17,848 nt of DNA from an uncultured archaeon (GTDB lineage: Archaea; Thermoplasmatota; Penumbrarchaeia; JASLWR01): contig CAYSHM010000036.1 in NCBI GenBank assembly GCA_964430885.1, positions 1 to 17,848 of the forward strand. Reading direction: 5' to 3'. Of this stretch, positions 8,401-16,783 are shown in pieces; within the stretch, counting starts at the first letter, position 1; each line of letters opens with the position of its first letter. The position numbers were made by a program, and so were the translations under genes. The notes below the pieces were generated by a model, which saw nothing but the letters and a program-made list of their open reading frames with translations, had not been told where the DNA came from and did not search any database.

Positions 8401-9136
8401 TGTAATGCTTCTTCTGGACGGGCTGATCAATTTCTCAAGGACCTATCTGCCAGCCACTTTGGGCGGTCAGATGGATGCTCCCCTGGTTCTGTCGGTGAAG
8501 ATCGATCCCGCTGAGATAGACAGCGAAGCCCATAACATAGACTGCCGCAGTGTTTATCCAGTGGAATTCTACGAGGCTGCCATGGTCCAAGAGAAGGCAA
8601 AACAGCTTGAGGACATGATGGATCTGGTGGGAGGAAGGCTCGGAACTCCGGCACAGTACGAGGGATTCGGTTTCACCCATGATACGGTGGACCTGGCCGG
8701 AGCAACCACAATGACCGCCTACACCAAGATAAAATCCATGAAGAGCAAGATAGACGAACAGCTCAAACTGGCCAGGATAATCCGTGCAGTGGAAGCTCCG
8801 CTGGTGGCGGCCAAGGTCATCGATTCCCATTTCATGCCTGACATGATAGGCAATATGAAGGCCTTCTCAAGGCAGAAGTTCAGATGCACGAACTGCGGGA
8901 AAAAGTTCAGAAGACCCCCTATAAGGAAGGAATGTCCAAGCTGCGGCAATGAAACCCTAAGCCTCACGGTCTACAAGGGCATGGTGGAAAAATATGTGAA
9001 CCTGGCGAAACAGATATCCGAGAGATATGACCTGCCGATATATACAAGAAAACGTATTCAGCTCATTGAAGAAGCAATAAACTCCCTATTCAACAATGAC
9101 AAGGTGGAGCAGAAGGGACTGTGGGACTTCTGTTGA
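5492..9136 (+). CDS. polC: DNA polymerase II (PolD) large subunit DP2
   Basis: 1214 aa. VRTGLAIVTEGVLVAPLEG, FAGPIRSAGGT, FRLRYGRGRTCG, catalytic HAAKRRNCDGDED, C-terminal zinc finger CTNC...CPSC and PIP-like QKGLWDF. Confidence 0.98.
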   Translation: MSSKGKSDKGVACSEEMKAYFQALHSESRRCYDVAEKARARGFDPEIFVEIPPAENLSSRVEKLVGPEGITKVIEDFLKKEKDGNRSMVAIKVAKYIVNELEFEDREEALDQAVRTGLAIVTEGVLVAPLEGVSEVNIKRNDSGSEYLRLSFAGPIRSAGGTGQAVGCLIADVVRREMNLEPFEVRNDEVERLKEEFQLRKASQYSPSDAEIENIARNCPICLDGDGSEPSEVAGYRNLDRVSTNQVRGGLCLVMAEGLCQKAKKIKKLVDNLHLEGWDFITAMIKDDDKAKDGEEKNEPKDMYNYTPKPKLKFLEKVIAGRPVIAYPSAHGAFRLRYGRGRTCGLAAIAIHPATMAVLNDFLAIGTQIKIEFPGKAGGVTPCDTIEGPIVEYFSGDLVKFHKAEDVVAEKKRIKRIVDLGEVLIPFGEFAENNHVLLPPGFAPEWWYQLLEAKLPQDCTPKKSARSLYNADVIDSFTLSRALDVPLNPRYNLFYHDMSPETLGYLAEYLCERGEFRIPGDGDYMVRLSDLVDLLEGHEPDRDLTAENISSMISSERSKGVLVIPIEKDRPYMTIKESLCRLGALHTVDKGNLLIHEDYSLALVLGLGLRVDEKGRIFKSKVLDQEHSRFLRDISDVTVMDNVLGKGPVRYEDEKEYLEKRNDRYWGNSIRFVSDVSGITIYPRSPSRMGCRMARPEKASERKMSPAVHCLFPLSASGGSQRSMKKAVEEKRFDVDIGYRECPKCHNLSHRYFCEKCEAHTEVTDDFKVKTRNVYFYKDFGEARKKVNVFEVPMVKGVKGMMSKHKTPEPLEKGLLRAKHGISIFKDGTARFDMVDLPVTHFKPYEINTPVEKLIKLGYTKDMYGEPLKRDDQILELKVQDIICPENCLRYLYKVSRFLDDMLFRFYGLDPYYNLVGFSDLIGHLTVGLAPHTSGGVLSRIIGYCNVRAGYAHPFYHAAKRRNCDGDEDCVMLLLDGLINFSRTYLPATLGGQMDAPLVLSVKIDPAEIDSEAHNIDCRSVYPVEFYEAAMVQEKAKQLEDMMDLVGGRLGTPAQYEGFGFTHDTVDLAGATTMTAYTKIKSMKSKIDEQLKLARIIRAVEAPLVAAKVIDSHFMPDMIGNMKAFSRQKFRCTNCGKKFRRPPIRKECPSCGNETLSLTVYKGMVEKYVNLAKQISERYDLPIYTRKRIQLIEEAINSLFNNDKVEQKGLWDFC

Positions 9137-9139
9137 TTT

Positions 9140-9166
9140 ATGTTAGCCGCCCCGCCACCCTAACAT
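9140..9166. terminator. Inverted repeat between convergent polC and ribH
   Basis: ATGTTAG (9140-9146) and CTAACAT (9160-9166) with a 13-nt C-rich loop. Confidence 0.3.
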
Positions 9167-9195
9167 GAAGTTAACCATCATTTCAAAATGATTCA

Positions 9196-9600
9196 TCACT
9201 TCTTAACGGCTCTATGCAGTTTTACAACAGCTTCAACAGCGCTCTTTGCCCTGTCGATCCTCTCCTGGGCCTGAAGCCTGCTCATCCCCGGTCCGGTAAT
9301 GCCCAGACCTACGGGTTTGTCGGCTTCCAGGGAAAGGTCTATGAGCTTTCTAGCGGCGTGTCCCATAACAACATCATCATGGTCCGTCTCGCCTTCCATA
9401 ACTGCACCCAGGGCCACAACTGCATCGATGTCCTTCTTGGAAAGAAGATGCTTCACCGCGAAGGGGATATCATATGCTCCGGGGACTGTGAGAACCTTTC
9501 CCACCTTTGCTCCAAGAAACTCGGCATGGGCCTTGGCCCGCTCTACCATCATTGATGTGATGTCGTAATGAAATTCCGCTGCAACTATACCTATCTTCAT
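9196..9600 (-). CDS. ribH: 6,7-dimethyl-8-ribityllumazine synthase
   Basis: 134 aa. KIGIVAAEFH, VPGAYDIP, VVALGAVMEGETDHD, KPVGLGITGPG; located in the rib cluster. Confidence 0.96.
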   Translation of the reverse strand: MKIGIVAAEFHYDITSMMVERAKAHAEFLGAKVGKVLTVPGAYDIPFAVKHLLSKKDIDAVVALGAVMEGETDHDDVVMGHAARKLIDLSLEADKPVGLGITGPGMSRLQAQERIDRAKSAVEAVVKLHRAVKK

Positions 9601-9643
9601 TCTATCCTCTCCGGATAATTTATTCTAAGTTATTCCTTAAGTG

Positions 9644-9660
9644 ATATATTAAACTTGATA
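9644..9660 (-). promoter_or_regulatory. Possible internal promoter for ribH
   Basis: AAGTTTAATATA on the minus strand within an 81-nt AT-rich gap; SD-like GGAGAGG before the ribH ATG. Confidence 0.35.
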
Positions 9661-9681
9661 TTCTAAAGCTTTAATGATAAT

Positions 9682-10651
<970 letters not shown>

Positions 10652-10669
10652 TTCCGTTATTTGCTGATA

Positions 10670-11410
10670 TCACTGAGAATTGTAAATGCTCCACGCGTCC
10701 TTGACTTCCTGGCCTGTGAGCCAGATGAGTCCTCTATCCTCGGCATATTTCTTCGCTTCAACCTTGGACAGGGCCTTGCCCGAATCACCCATCATCTCGC
10801 ATATGGTAGCTGACGGGGTCAGACCTGCCATTATCACCATGGCTGTAGAAAGTTCAGTATGTCCTTCCCTTTTCTTCAGTATCTCGGGCGTGCACCTCAG
10901 AAGATGCACATGACCGGGGGACCGGAACTCTCTGCCGAGCCTTTCCCTGCATTCATTGTCCCTGCACTCATCGGCTTCGGTCTCGTTGAGGTATTTGATC
11001 AGTTCGCCGAACCGGGATATGGTCAGCGCCCGGTCGTTGTCGGTTATGCCGGTGTAGGTCTTCCTGTGGTTCACTGTCAGTGAAAAGGCAGATAGCTCGT
11101 CGTAGGGCAGGTCGCCTCCTTTGGTAGCTTTCAGGATTGGGAACTCCATGGATGCAGTGTCCAGAACCTGGGTGAGATATGGGAGTCCCAACCTGTCGCC
11201 GTCCTGTGCCGTGAAGGTGGTGCATATGAGCCCGCCTCCGTCCTTCCGGAGCGCCCTCACGTGATGGGGCTTGGTTAGTATTGAGGGGATCACCATGTCG
11301 GTCTCCTCTTCCCTGCCGTCCTTGTCGTATATGAGAACGATCTTTCCGTCCTTGAGGTCCTCTAAGGCCTTTCGTATGCTGGGTTTAATATCAGTATGGA
11401 ACACTCTCAT
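10670..11410 (-). CDS. ribB: 3,4-dihydroxy-2-butanone-4-phosphate synthase (archaeal type)
   Basis: YDKDGREEETD, DGGGLIC, SAFSLTVNH..TYTGITDNDRALT, FRSPGHV, REGHTE, ICEMM. Start placed at ATG 11410 (purine-rich SD upstream); the track start at 11509 would run through the TATA box. Confidence 0.95.
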   Translation of the reverse strand: MRVFHTDIKPSIRKALEDLKDGKIVLIYDKDGREEETDMVIPSILTKPHHVRALRKDGGGLICTTFTAQDGDRLGLPYLTQVLDTASMEFPILKATKGGDLPYDELSAFSLTVNHRKTYTGITDNDRALTISRFGELIKYLNETEADECRDNECRERLGREFRSPGHVHLLRCTPEILKKREGHTELSTAMVIMAGLTPSATICEMMGDSGKALSKVEAKKYAEDRGLIWLTGQEVKDAWSIYNSQ

Positions 11411-11483
11411 CCTTCCCCTTCTTCTCAATTCGATTAAGGTCCACCAACCATTCGGTTTTTGAACCCCTTTCCCTAATCCCTCC

Positions 11484-11502
11484 AATATATAAGAGACTTT
11501 TC
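11484..11502 (-). promoter_or_regulatory. BRE/TATA promoter of the rib operon
   Basis: Minus strand GAAAAGTCTCTTATATATT, implying a leader of about 50 nt before ribB. Confidence 0.55.
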
Positions 11503-11641
11503 TAGTCATTGAATAAAGGCAGGAACGGGATAAAAAATCGGTATTTTCAATCTATGATCAATTAGATTTACATACTAATTTATAAATGAAATACTTGAAA
11601 TGCCATATGATTATTGATAACATCAAAAGGAGTAATGGATT

Positions 11642-12421
11642 CTATGCGTTGAGATTCTTCAGCATAGCCTGCAGATCTATATTCGTATCCGTATTATCTT
11701 GACATATGGATCTCATCTCATTCCAATTTTCATAAATCCAATCTGTTATCTTTTTCAATTTATTTCTGACCTTTTTCGTTTCATCCCCATGTCCTATCAC
11801 TGCCAAAAAGAAATCGTTCCCTTCCTCTATGATGATATTATGGTCGCCATGCTGAATGTTCTTCAAGTTGCCTTTTGAATCCAATGAATCCTTAATGAAC
11901 ATCTTTACTGCAGTGAACATGCCTCCGAAAATATCCTCATCAAAATCAAGATCCTTATTGATATTCATTTTGAATAATACCAATCCGCCTTCATCCAGTA
12001 TTAGAACCAGGTCTGCAATGAAAGGGGTCTGCATGTTTTCCTTTATCAAACGCTTCTGTTCCAATCCCTTTTGTACAACATCGATAAGCTGTTTACGGTG
12101 AACTGGTTTCACGATATAATCCAAAGCACCTTCCTTCATTGAATTGACTGCAGTATCCAATTTTGAAACAGCAGTGATCATTATCACAGGTATACCCGGA
12201 TGATCCCTATTTATCAATTTCAGAGCATCAATACCGTTCATTCCGGGCATGATCATATCCAGAAGAACAAGGTCGATCTTATTATTTTTCAGTTCAGAAA
12301 ATCCCTCGTCAGCGTTACCGGATTCCAGTACTGTATGACCTGCCTTCTCCAGATATCTGCGGAACATACGCCTGATTCCAGGTTCATCATCTAAAATCAA
12401 TATGCTGGATGTATCTTCCAT
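11642..12421 (-). CDS. Response regulator: N-terminal receiver domain + C-terminal longin-like domain
   Basis: ILILDDE, LVLLDMIMPGMNG (phospho-Asp), VIMITA and YIVKP are intact. The C-terminus LVLILDEGGLVLF...DEDIFGGMFTAVKMFIKDSL...LKNIQHGDHNIIIEEGNDFFLAVIG has a longin-like pattern. Start is ATG 12421 after SD GGAGTGA (or GTG 12430 overlapping the kinase stop). Confidence 0.85.
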   Translation of the reverse strand: MEDTSSILILDDEPGIRRMFRRYLEKAGHTVLESGNADEGFSELKNNKIDLVLLDMIMPGMNGIDALKLINRDHPGIPVIMITAVSKLDTAVNSMKEGALDYIVKPVHRKQLIDVVQKGLEQKRLIKENMQTPFIADLVLILDEGGLVLFKMNINKDLDFDEDIFGGMFTAVKMFIKDSLDSKGNLKNIQHGDHNIIIEEGNDFFLAVIGHGDETKKVRNKLKKITDWIYENWNEMRSICQDNTDTNIDLQAMLKNLNA

Positions 12422-12426
12422 GAATA

Positions 12427-13143
12427 TCACTCCATTTCTATGGTCAATTTTCCTTTGAGAGCCGGGACCCTTATAATGAAGGATGTTCCCGCACCTTTCT
12501 TACTGATAACATTGACGAAGCCATTGTGATTCTGAACGATCTGCTGTACAATGAATAGACCTAATCCTGTACCCTTATCCTTTCCTTTGGTGGTGAAAAA
12601 GGGATCGAATATCCGGTTCAGGACATTTTCTTCTATTCCTTTACCTGTATCACTGATCACGAATTCATTATATTCTCCGGCAGATGAGGTGGTAATGGAC
12701 AGTTCTTCTTCCATCCTCTTCCGCTCGCTGATATCCCGTCCGATGGATATCATATGTTTTGGTTCGTCCTTCTCATCCCTGATCAGGGACACCCTGTATT
12801 CCATAGGAACTCTGCAGCCGTTCTTGCATATTAATTCCAGCTCTATTGTCCCTGCTCCATATTCTAGAACATTTTGGATAAATTCTCCAGCCCGTTCCAG
12901 ATCTTCAGAGCTGTAATAGGAGGCTGGGGCCGGCAGATCCGCTATTTCTTTATCAGTATATCCAGTTATATCCCTGAAAGCCTTGTTCCAGCGAATTGCC
13001 TTGCCTGTGGCGATCTCGAACAAGAAAAAAGTGTCCAGCTGAGCATCTAGAGCAATATCGGTGAAATCTTTTGCTATTTGAGATTTTCTGTTAAGAGGAT
13101 CTGTTTGAAATTTAGGTTCGCGTTCTTCAACCATTTTGACCAC
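12427..13143 (-). pseudogene. PAS/PAC sensor kinase with internal in-frame loss of the HisKA domain and N-box (pseudokinase or pseudogene)
   Basis: PAS (WNKAFRDITGY) and PAC (GRDISERKRMEEEL) are joined directly to SITTS...ISDTGKGI (G1), IFDPFFTTK (F) and GTGLGL (G2). There is no H-box and no N-box. Confidence 0.75.
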
Positions 13144-13399
13144 TCGATACTGCTGTTTAATTCTTCCTAATTTACTTCCTGATTTTATACATGCTCAGGT
13201 TAGTTATATTAATATAATGTATAAAGAAGAAGTCATTGAACAACTAAGAAAAGATTGATATTATAATCGAAAATTTCCGGAAAAAGATCAATCCACCCTT
13301 TAAGAATAATTTGTTGGTAGAAGCATACTAACCTCCATTGGAACCAAGAATCAGATTTCTCCAAATAAGTTTTATATCTAATATCATTTTACGGACTTG

Positions 13400-14809
13400 A
13401 TGGAATCTCCAATACCTGGTTCTTTGTTCAGATCTAATAACTCCAAAACACTCTACTTTTTCATCCATGGTTACGGAGGTACAAAAAAGGACCTTTCGGG
13501 ATTGATAAGGAGCTTTCATGAACAGGGTAATGATTGTATTGCCATAACCCTTCCGGGGCATGAGACCAACTGCGAGGACCTTCTTAACTACAACTACGAA
13601 GACATGAAAGATTACACCTTGAAATGCATAGGAAAGGTCATGAAAAGCTATAGGAATATATATCTCGTAGGGTTTTCAATAGGCTCCACTATCGCTATAG
13701 AAATATCACAGCAGACCGACCTCCATGGAAAACTAAAGGGTATAATCGGCATATCAACGTTTCTCGGCCCCGCCCAGAAATTCAATTATGCATTTGGATT
13801 GGGTCTGTGCAAGCTTCTAAGGATGAAGAGAGTAAGGAAATATCCCAGCACTACCAACAAGAAGGCAAGGAAGGATATGGCCCATTACAAGTATGTTCCA
13901 GTTGATTGTGTACTGGATATGCTATCGGATTCAAAGGGTATACTAGAGAGATTGAAATCCAGGAGTATATCGGTCCCAACTGTTCTATTTCATTCATACC
14001 TGGATGATGTGGCAAACTACCGGAAGGTCAAGGAACTGGTTCAATCCGAAAATGAATTAAAACCCTTATTGGTATCCTTCAGGGAACTGAACCATTTTCT
14101 TCAGCACGATATGTCACCTGATAAAATGGCATCCTTTACCAATGAATTCTTTAAGAATAATGGAGATAAAAATGCCCCCCAAAAGCTTCTGGAAAGCGAC
14201 CGGGAGATAAATCAGAAGAGGATCCGTGGTCTATCCAGGTCTCTGGTTATTATGATGCTCCTGTTCAATTCTCTCCTGGGTTTCAGTATTTTCTATCTTT
14301 GGAGCAAGGTCTCAACAATAAATGAGATCCCACCCTCTATATTCATATCATATTCAGTGATCATAAGCATATTCGGTCTAGTAACATTCAGATATTTGTA
14401 CCAGATCGATAGGACCAAGGGTTTTAGAAGGCATTACCTGGAGCTATTGAACGATAATCCAAATGGCCAGAAGGACCGATCCGCTGAAAAGGGTTCCAAG
14501 GTCTTTCCATTAATTATGTGTTCTCTGGTATTTATAACCCAGTTCATAGCACTGGCAGGTCTATCATTTGTCTTTCTTAAAAATGACAATATATTTTTCT
14601 CCCTGGGACGGGAAAACATAGCTATAGAGTTATACTGGCTTCTAGCGGTTCTGCTGTCCGCGGTATTTACCGTGATCCTTGTAAGATATCTTTCTCATCA
14701 CAGGATGGAGATGTACATATTGCTGCCTATGGGGGCTCGCAGTCCATCCTTCATGGGAAAGATTATGGAGCTGAGAGAGTCAATAGATCCGGGAAAATAT
14801 GTTCTATGA
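13400..14809 (+). CDS. Alpha/beta-hydrolase (carboxylesterase/lipase-like) fused to a 4-TM C-terminal domain
   Basis: FIHGYGG oxyanion motif, LPGHE, nucleophile GFSIG, acid FHSYLDDVA, His in LNHFL; then four hydrophobic segments. TATA TTTTATAT at 13370-13377; ATG 13400 (TTG 13397 in the track). Confidence 0.85.
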   Translation: MESPIPGSLFRSNNSKTLYFFIHGYGGTKKDLSGLIRSFHEQGNDCIAITLPGHETNCEDLLNYNYEDMKDYTLKCIGKVMKSYRNIYLVGFSIGSTIAIEISQQTDLHGKLKGIIGISTFLGPAQKFNYAFGLGLCKLLRMKRVRKYPSTTNKKARKDMAHYKYVPVDCVLDMLSDSKGILERLKSRSISVPTVLFHSYLDDVANYRKVKELVQSENELKPLLVSFRELNHFLQHDMSPDKMASFTNEFFKNNGDKNAPQKLLESDREINQKRIRGLSRSLVIMMLLFNSLLGFSIFYLWSKVSTINEIPPSIFISYSVIISIFGLVTFRYLYQIDRTKGFRRHYLELLNDNPNGQKDRSAEKGSKVFPLIMCSLVFITQFIALAGLSFVFLKNDNIFFSLGRENIAIELYWLLAVLLSAVFTVILVRYLSHHRMEMYILLPMGARSPSFMGKIMELRESIDPGKYVL

Positions 14810-14826
14810 TCTAAAACCGAAATACC

Positions 14827-15069
14827 TCATTCGGTTCTCTTTCTCAATATTTTCAATTTCTCGGTAGCTTTGTAGATGAATTCCTGCGCTTTATCATAAT
14901 TGCCTGCCTGAAATTCCTTCTTGGCTAGGCCGGTGTACTGAATGCATTCCTTGTAAGTGTTTGTGGTGAACTCGGTCCCCGCTGCTTGTACCTTTTGTAA
15001 TAATTTGGGCAGTTCCGTCAGGTTAAGCACTATGGCCTGGCCGATCTTGTTCTTCATATCTTCATCCAT
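14827..15069 (-). CDS. Small helical hypothetical protein
   Basis: About 80 aa from ATG 15069 with GAGG upstream; TPR-like AKKEFQAGNYDKAQEFIYKA. Confidence 0.55.
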   Translation of the reverse strand: MDEDMKNKIGQAIVLNLTELPKLLQKVQAAGTEFTTNTYKECIQYTGLAKKEFQAGNYDKAQEFIYKATEKLKILRKRTE

Positions 15070-15136
15070 AAAAATCAACTTCCTCTAGTAAACTGACAGC
15101 AGGTTGATGCTTGAGATTTGATAATAAGATTCCGTC

Positions 15137-15895
15137 TTATTTCCTCTCCTTCAGAACTATAGCGTCACTCTTGCAGACATAAGTGCAGTTCCCGCAGCCG
15201 TGGCAGTTCTTGTTCACTGCCGCTTTTTTGTTATCTAAAGTAATGCCTTTGAACTGACAGATCTTGACGCATTCGCCGCAGCCTATGCAGGCTTCTTTGT
15301 TTACCTCCGCCACCTCATGACCGCTTAACATGAAATTGAACTTGTAACGGGTGCTGATGTCCAATGCCATGCATTCCCTGTCCTTGCAGTTGCAAAGGGC
15401 ACCGATAAAGGGAGATTTGAAGGTCCATACAGAATGAACATATCCCTTGGGCCCGAGTTCTTTCAGTATCTCAATGGCCTGGTCCGCATCAATGTATTTT
15501 CCCCCTGAATAGGGCGGTATCTTGTCCCCTATCTCCGGAACAAGGGAAAAGACCATGCATAACTGCTCATTCTTGTTGGTAAGGAATCTTCGGCAGGGAC
15601 AGTAGGTGAAGAATATCAGTCCTGCAATTCGCATAATAGCGGAAGCATCTTCCAGGGATACTACCTGGCCAGTGTGCTCCTCTTTGCTGTATTTTTCCAG
15701 TCTGCCCTTGGCTACCCTGTTCACCACGGGGAACAAGGAGGCTCTTTGCGCCTTTCGGCTGTTCCTGTTGAAGTGCACAATGAAATCCTTGATGAAGGCT
15801 TCCCTCTCCTCGTTACGGTGAAGCTTGATGGAATATTTTTTGGCATCCAGGTACCATCGTTTACTTGCTCCGTGGGCGGTACAGATCTCGCACAT
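15137..15895 (-). CDS. Cys-rich protein with a C-terminal 2x[4Fe-4S] ferredoxin domain
   Basis: CIGCGECVKICQ and CHGCGNCTYVCK; additional MCEICTAHG, CPCR, LCM and CNCKDREC motifs. Confidence 0.88.
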   Translation of the reverse strand: MCEICTAHGASKRWYLDAKKYSIKLHRNEEREAFIKDFIVHFNRNSRKAQRASLFPVVNRVAKGRLEKYSKEEHTGQVVSLEDASAIMRIAGLIFFTYCPCRRFLTNKNEQLCMVFSLVPEIGDKIPPYSGGKYIDADQAIEILKELGPKGYVHSVWTFKSPFIGALCNCKDRECMALDISTRYKFNFMLSGHEVAEVNKEACIGCGECVKICQFKGITLDNKKAAVNKNCHGCGNCTYVCKSDAIVLKERK

Positions 15896-15974
15896 GATCT
15901 AATAAAAAGAATATAGAAGTATTTTATAACTCTGGTGCCAAATTCTAATTTAATAATGTTCAATAAAGGTAATC

Positions 15975-16631
15975 TTATTTTTTAAGCCACTTTACACCAA
16001 GATAGCAGAGAGGTGTATCGGCAGCAGCAAAGACCACCTTCAATATCCAATATGGCAATATCAATGTGAATAGGTAACCAACAGTGAATTTTGGGTTTGA
16101 ATTGATTATATCCGGAAGCCAGGGTATGTAGTAAAGTCCAATGAACATGAAAACGGTTGTATCAATGAATTGACTCACAATCGTTGAAGCATTGTTGCGG
16201 AGCCAAAGATGTTTTCCTTTGGTTTTCGCTTTCCAGAAATTGAAAGCCCAGATGTCGTGGTACTGGGCAAGGAAAAATGCTATCAGGCTTGCAAAGAAGA
16301 ATCTCAAACTGATTCCAAAAACCGGATTGTACTCCTCTACCTGAACAAAGCTTCGGCCGGCAAAAGGAAGTTTAACTGCGATCACGGTGATGATAAGTAT
16401 AACAACGAGCGTTGCCATGGCAGCATTGACAAAAGATCTTGTTTTCTCTTTCCCGTAAACCTCTTCGATAATGTCAGTTACAAGAAAGGTGATGGGAAAA
16501 ACGAGGATTCCCACAGAGGCTTCGAATAGACCGAAATCTGCAATTTTACCTCCGATCAGATTGGCTGCTACAATAGCTCCGACAAACAGAGCAAATAGAA
16601 AATGGGTTTTTTGTTCTTTTGAAAGCCTCAT
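15975..16631 (-). CDS. yhhQ: Queuosine/archaeosine precursor (preQ0/preQ1) transporter, YhhQ/COG1738 family
   Basis: ANLIGGK, FPITFLVTDIIEEVYG, RFFFASLIAFFLAQYHD, LWLRNNASTIVSQFIDT and K...A..DTP motifs; multi-TM. Likely start ATG 16631, about 26 nt after TTTAAATA. Confidence 0.92.
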   Translation of the reverse strand: MRLSKEQKTHFLFALFVGAIVAANLIGGKIADFGLFEASVGILVFPITFLVTDIIEEVYGKEKTRSFVNAAMATLVVILIITVIAVKLPFAGRSFVQVEEYNPVFGISLRFFFASLIAFFLAQYHDIWAFNFWKAKTKGKHLWLRNNASTIVSQFIDTTVFMFIGLYYIPWLPDIINSNPKFTVGYLFTLILPYWILKVVFAAADTPLCYLGVKWLKK

Positions 16632-16783
16632 GGTTTTATTCTGAATGGAGGGGTAATATTTAAACATAGTGAATAATATGCTCGCAATAGGCTTTCCGGG
16701 GTGGTCATTGCTCCATCCAAGAAAGAATGGTTAGCTGACGGATAGATTGGTTCTGGTTACCAGCCTTCCAGAGCAGGCTGCTC

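Noticed and set aside
11411-11509. 33-aa N-terminal extension of RibB; ILEGLGKG resembles the RibK SGLGEG motif
   Set aside because: It overlaps the TATA box and leader, there is a better SD-led ATG at 11410, and the resemblance is too short with no other RibK motifs.
11411-11640. FMN riboswitch upstream of the rib operon
   Set aside because: No RFN consensus blocks (AGGGCGGGGUGAAAUUCCC-like) are present and the region is AT-rich.
13204-13283. Palindromes TTATATTAATATAA (13204-13217) and TTTCCGGAAA (13274-13283), plus a tiny ORF MYKEEVIEQLRKD
   Set aside because: AT-only or short palindromes are common in AT-rich promoter DNA and are not repeated at other promoters; the ORF is too short to support.
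16632-16700. preQ1 riboswitch upstream of yhhQ
   Set aside because: No recognisable preQ1 stem-loop plus A-rich tail, and the TATA position implies a leaderless transcript.
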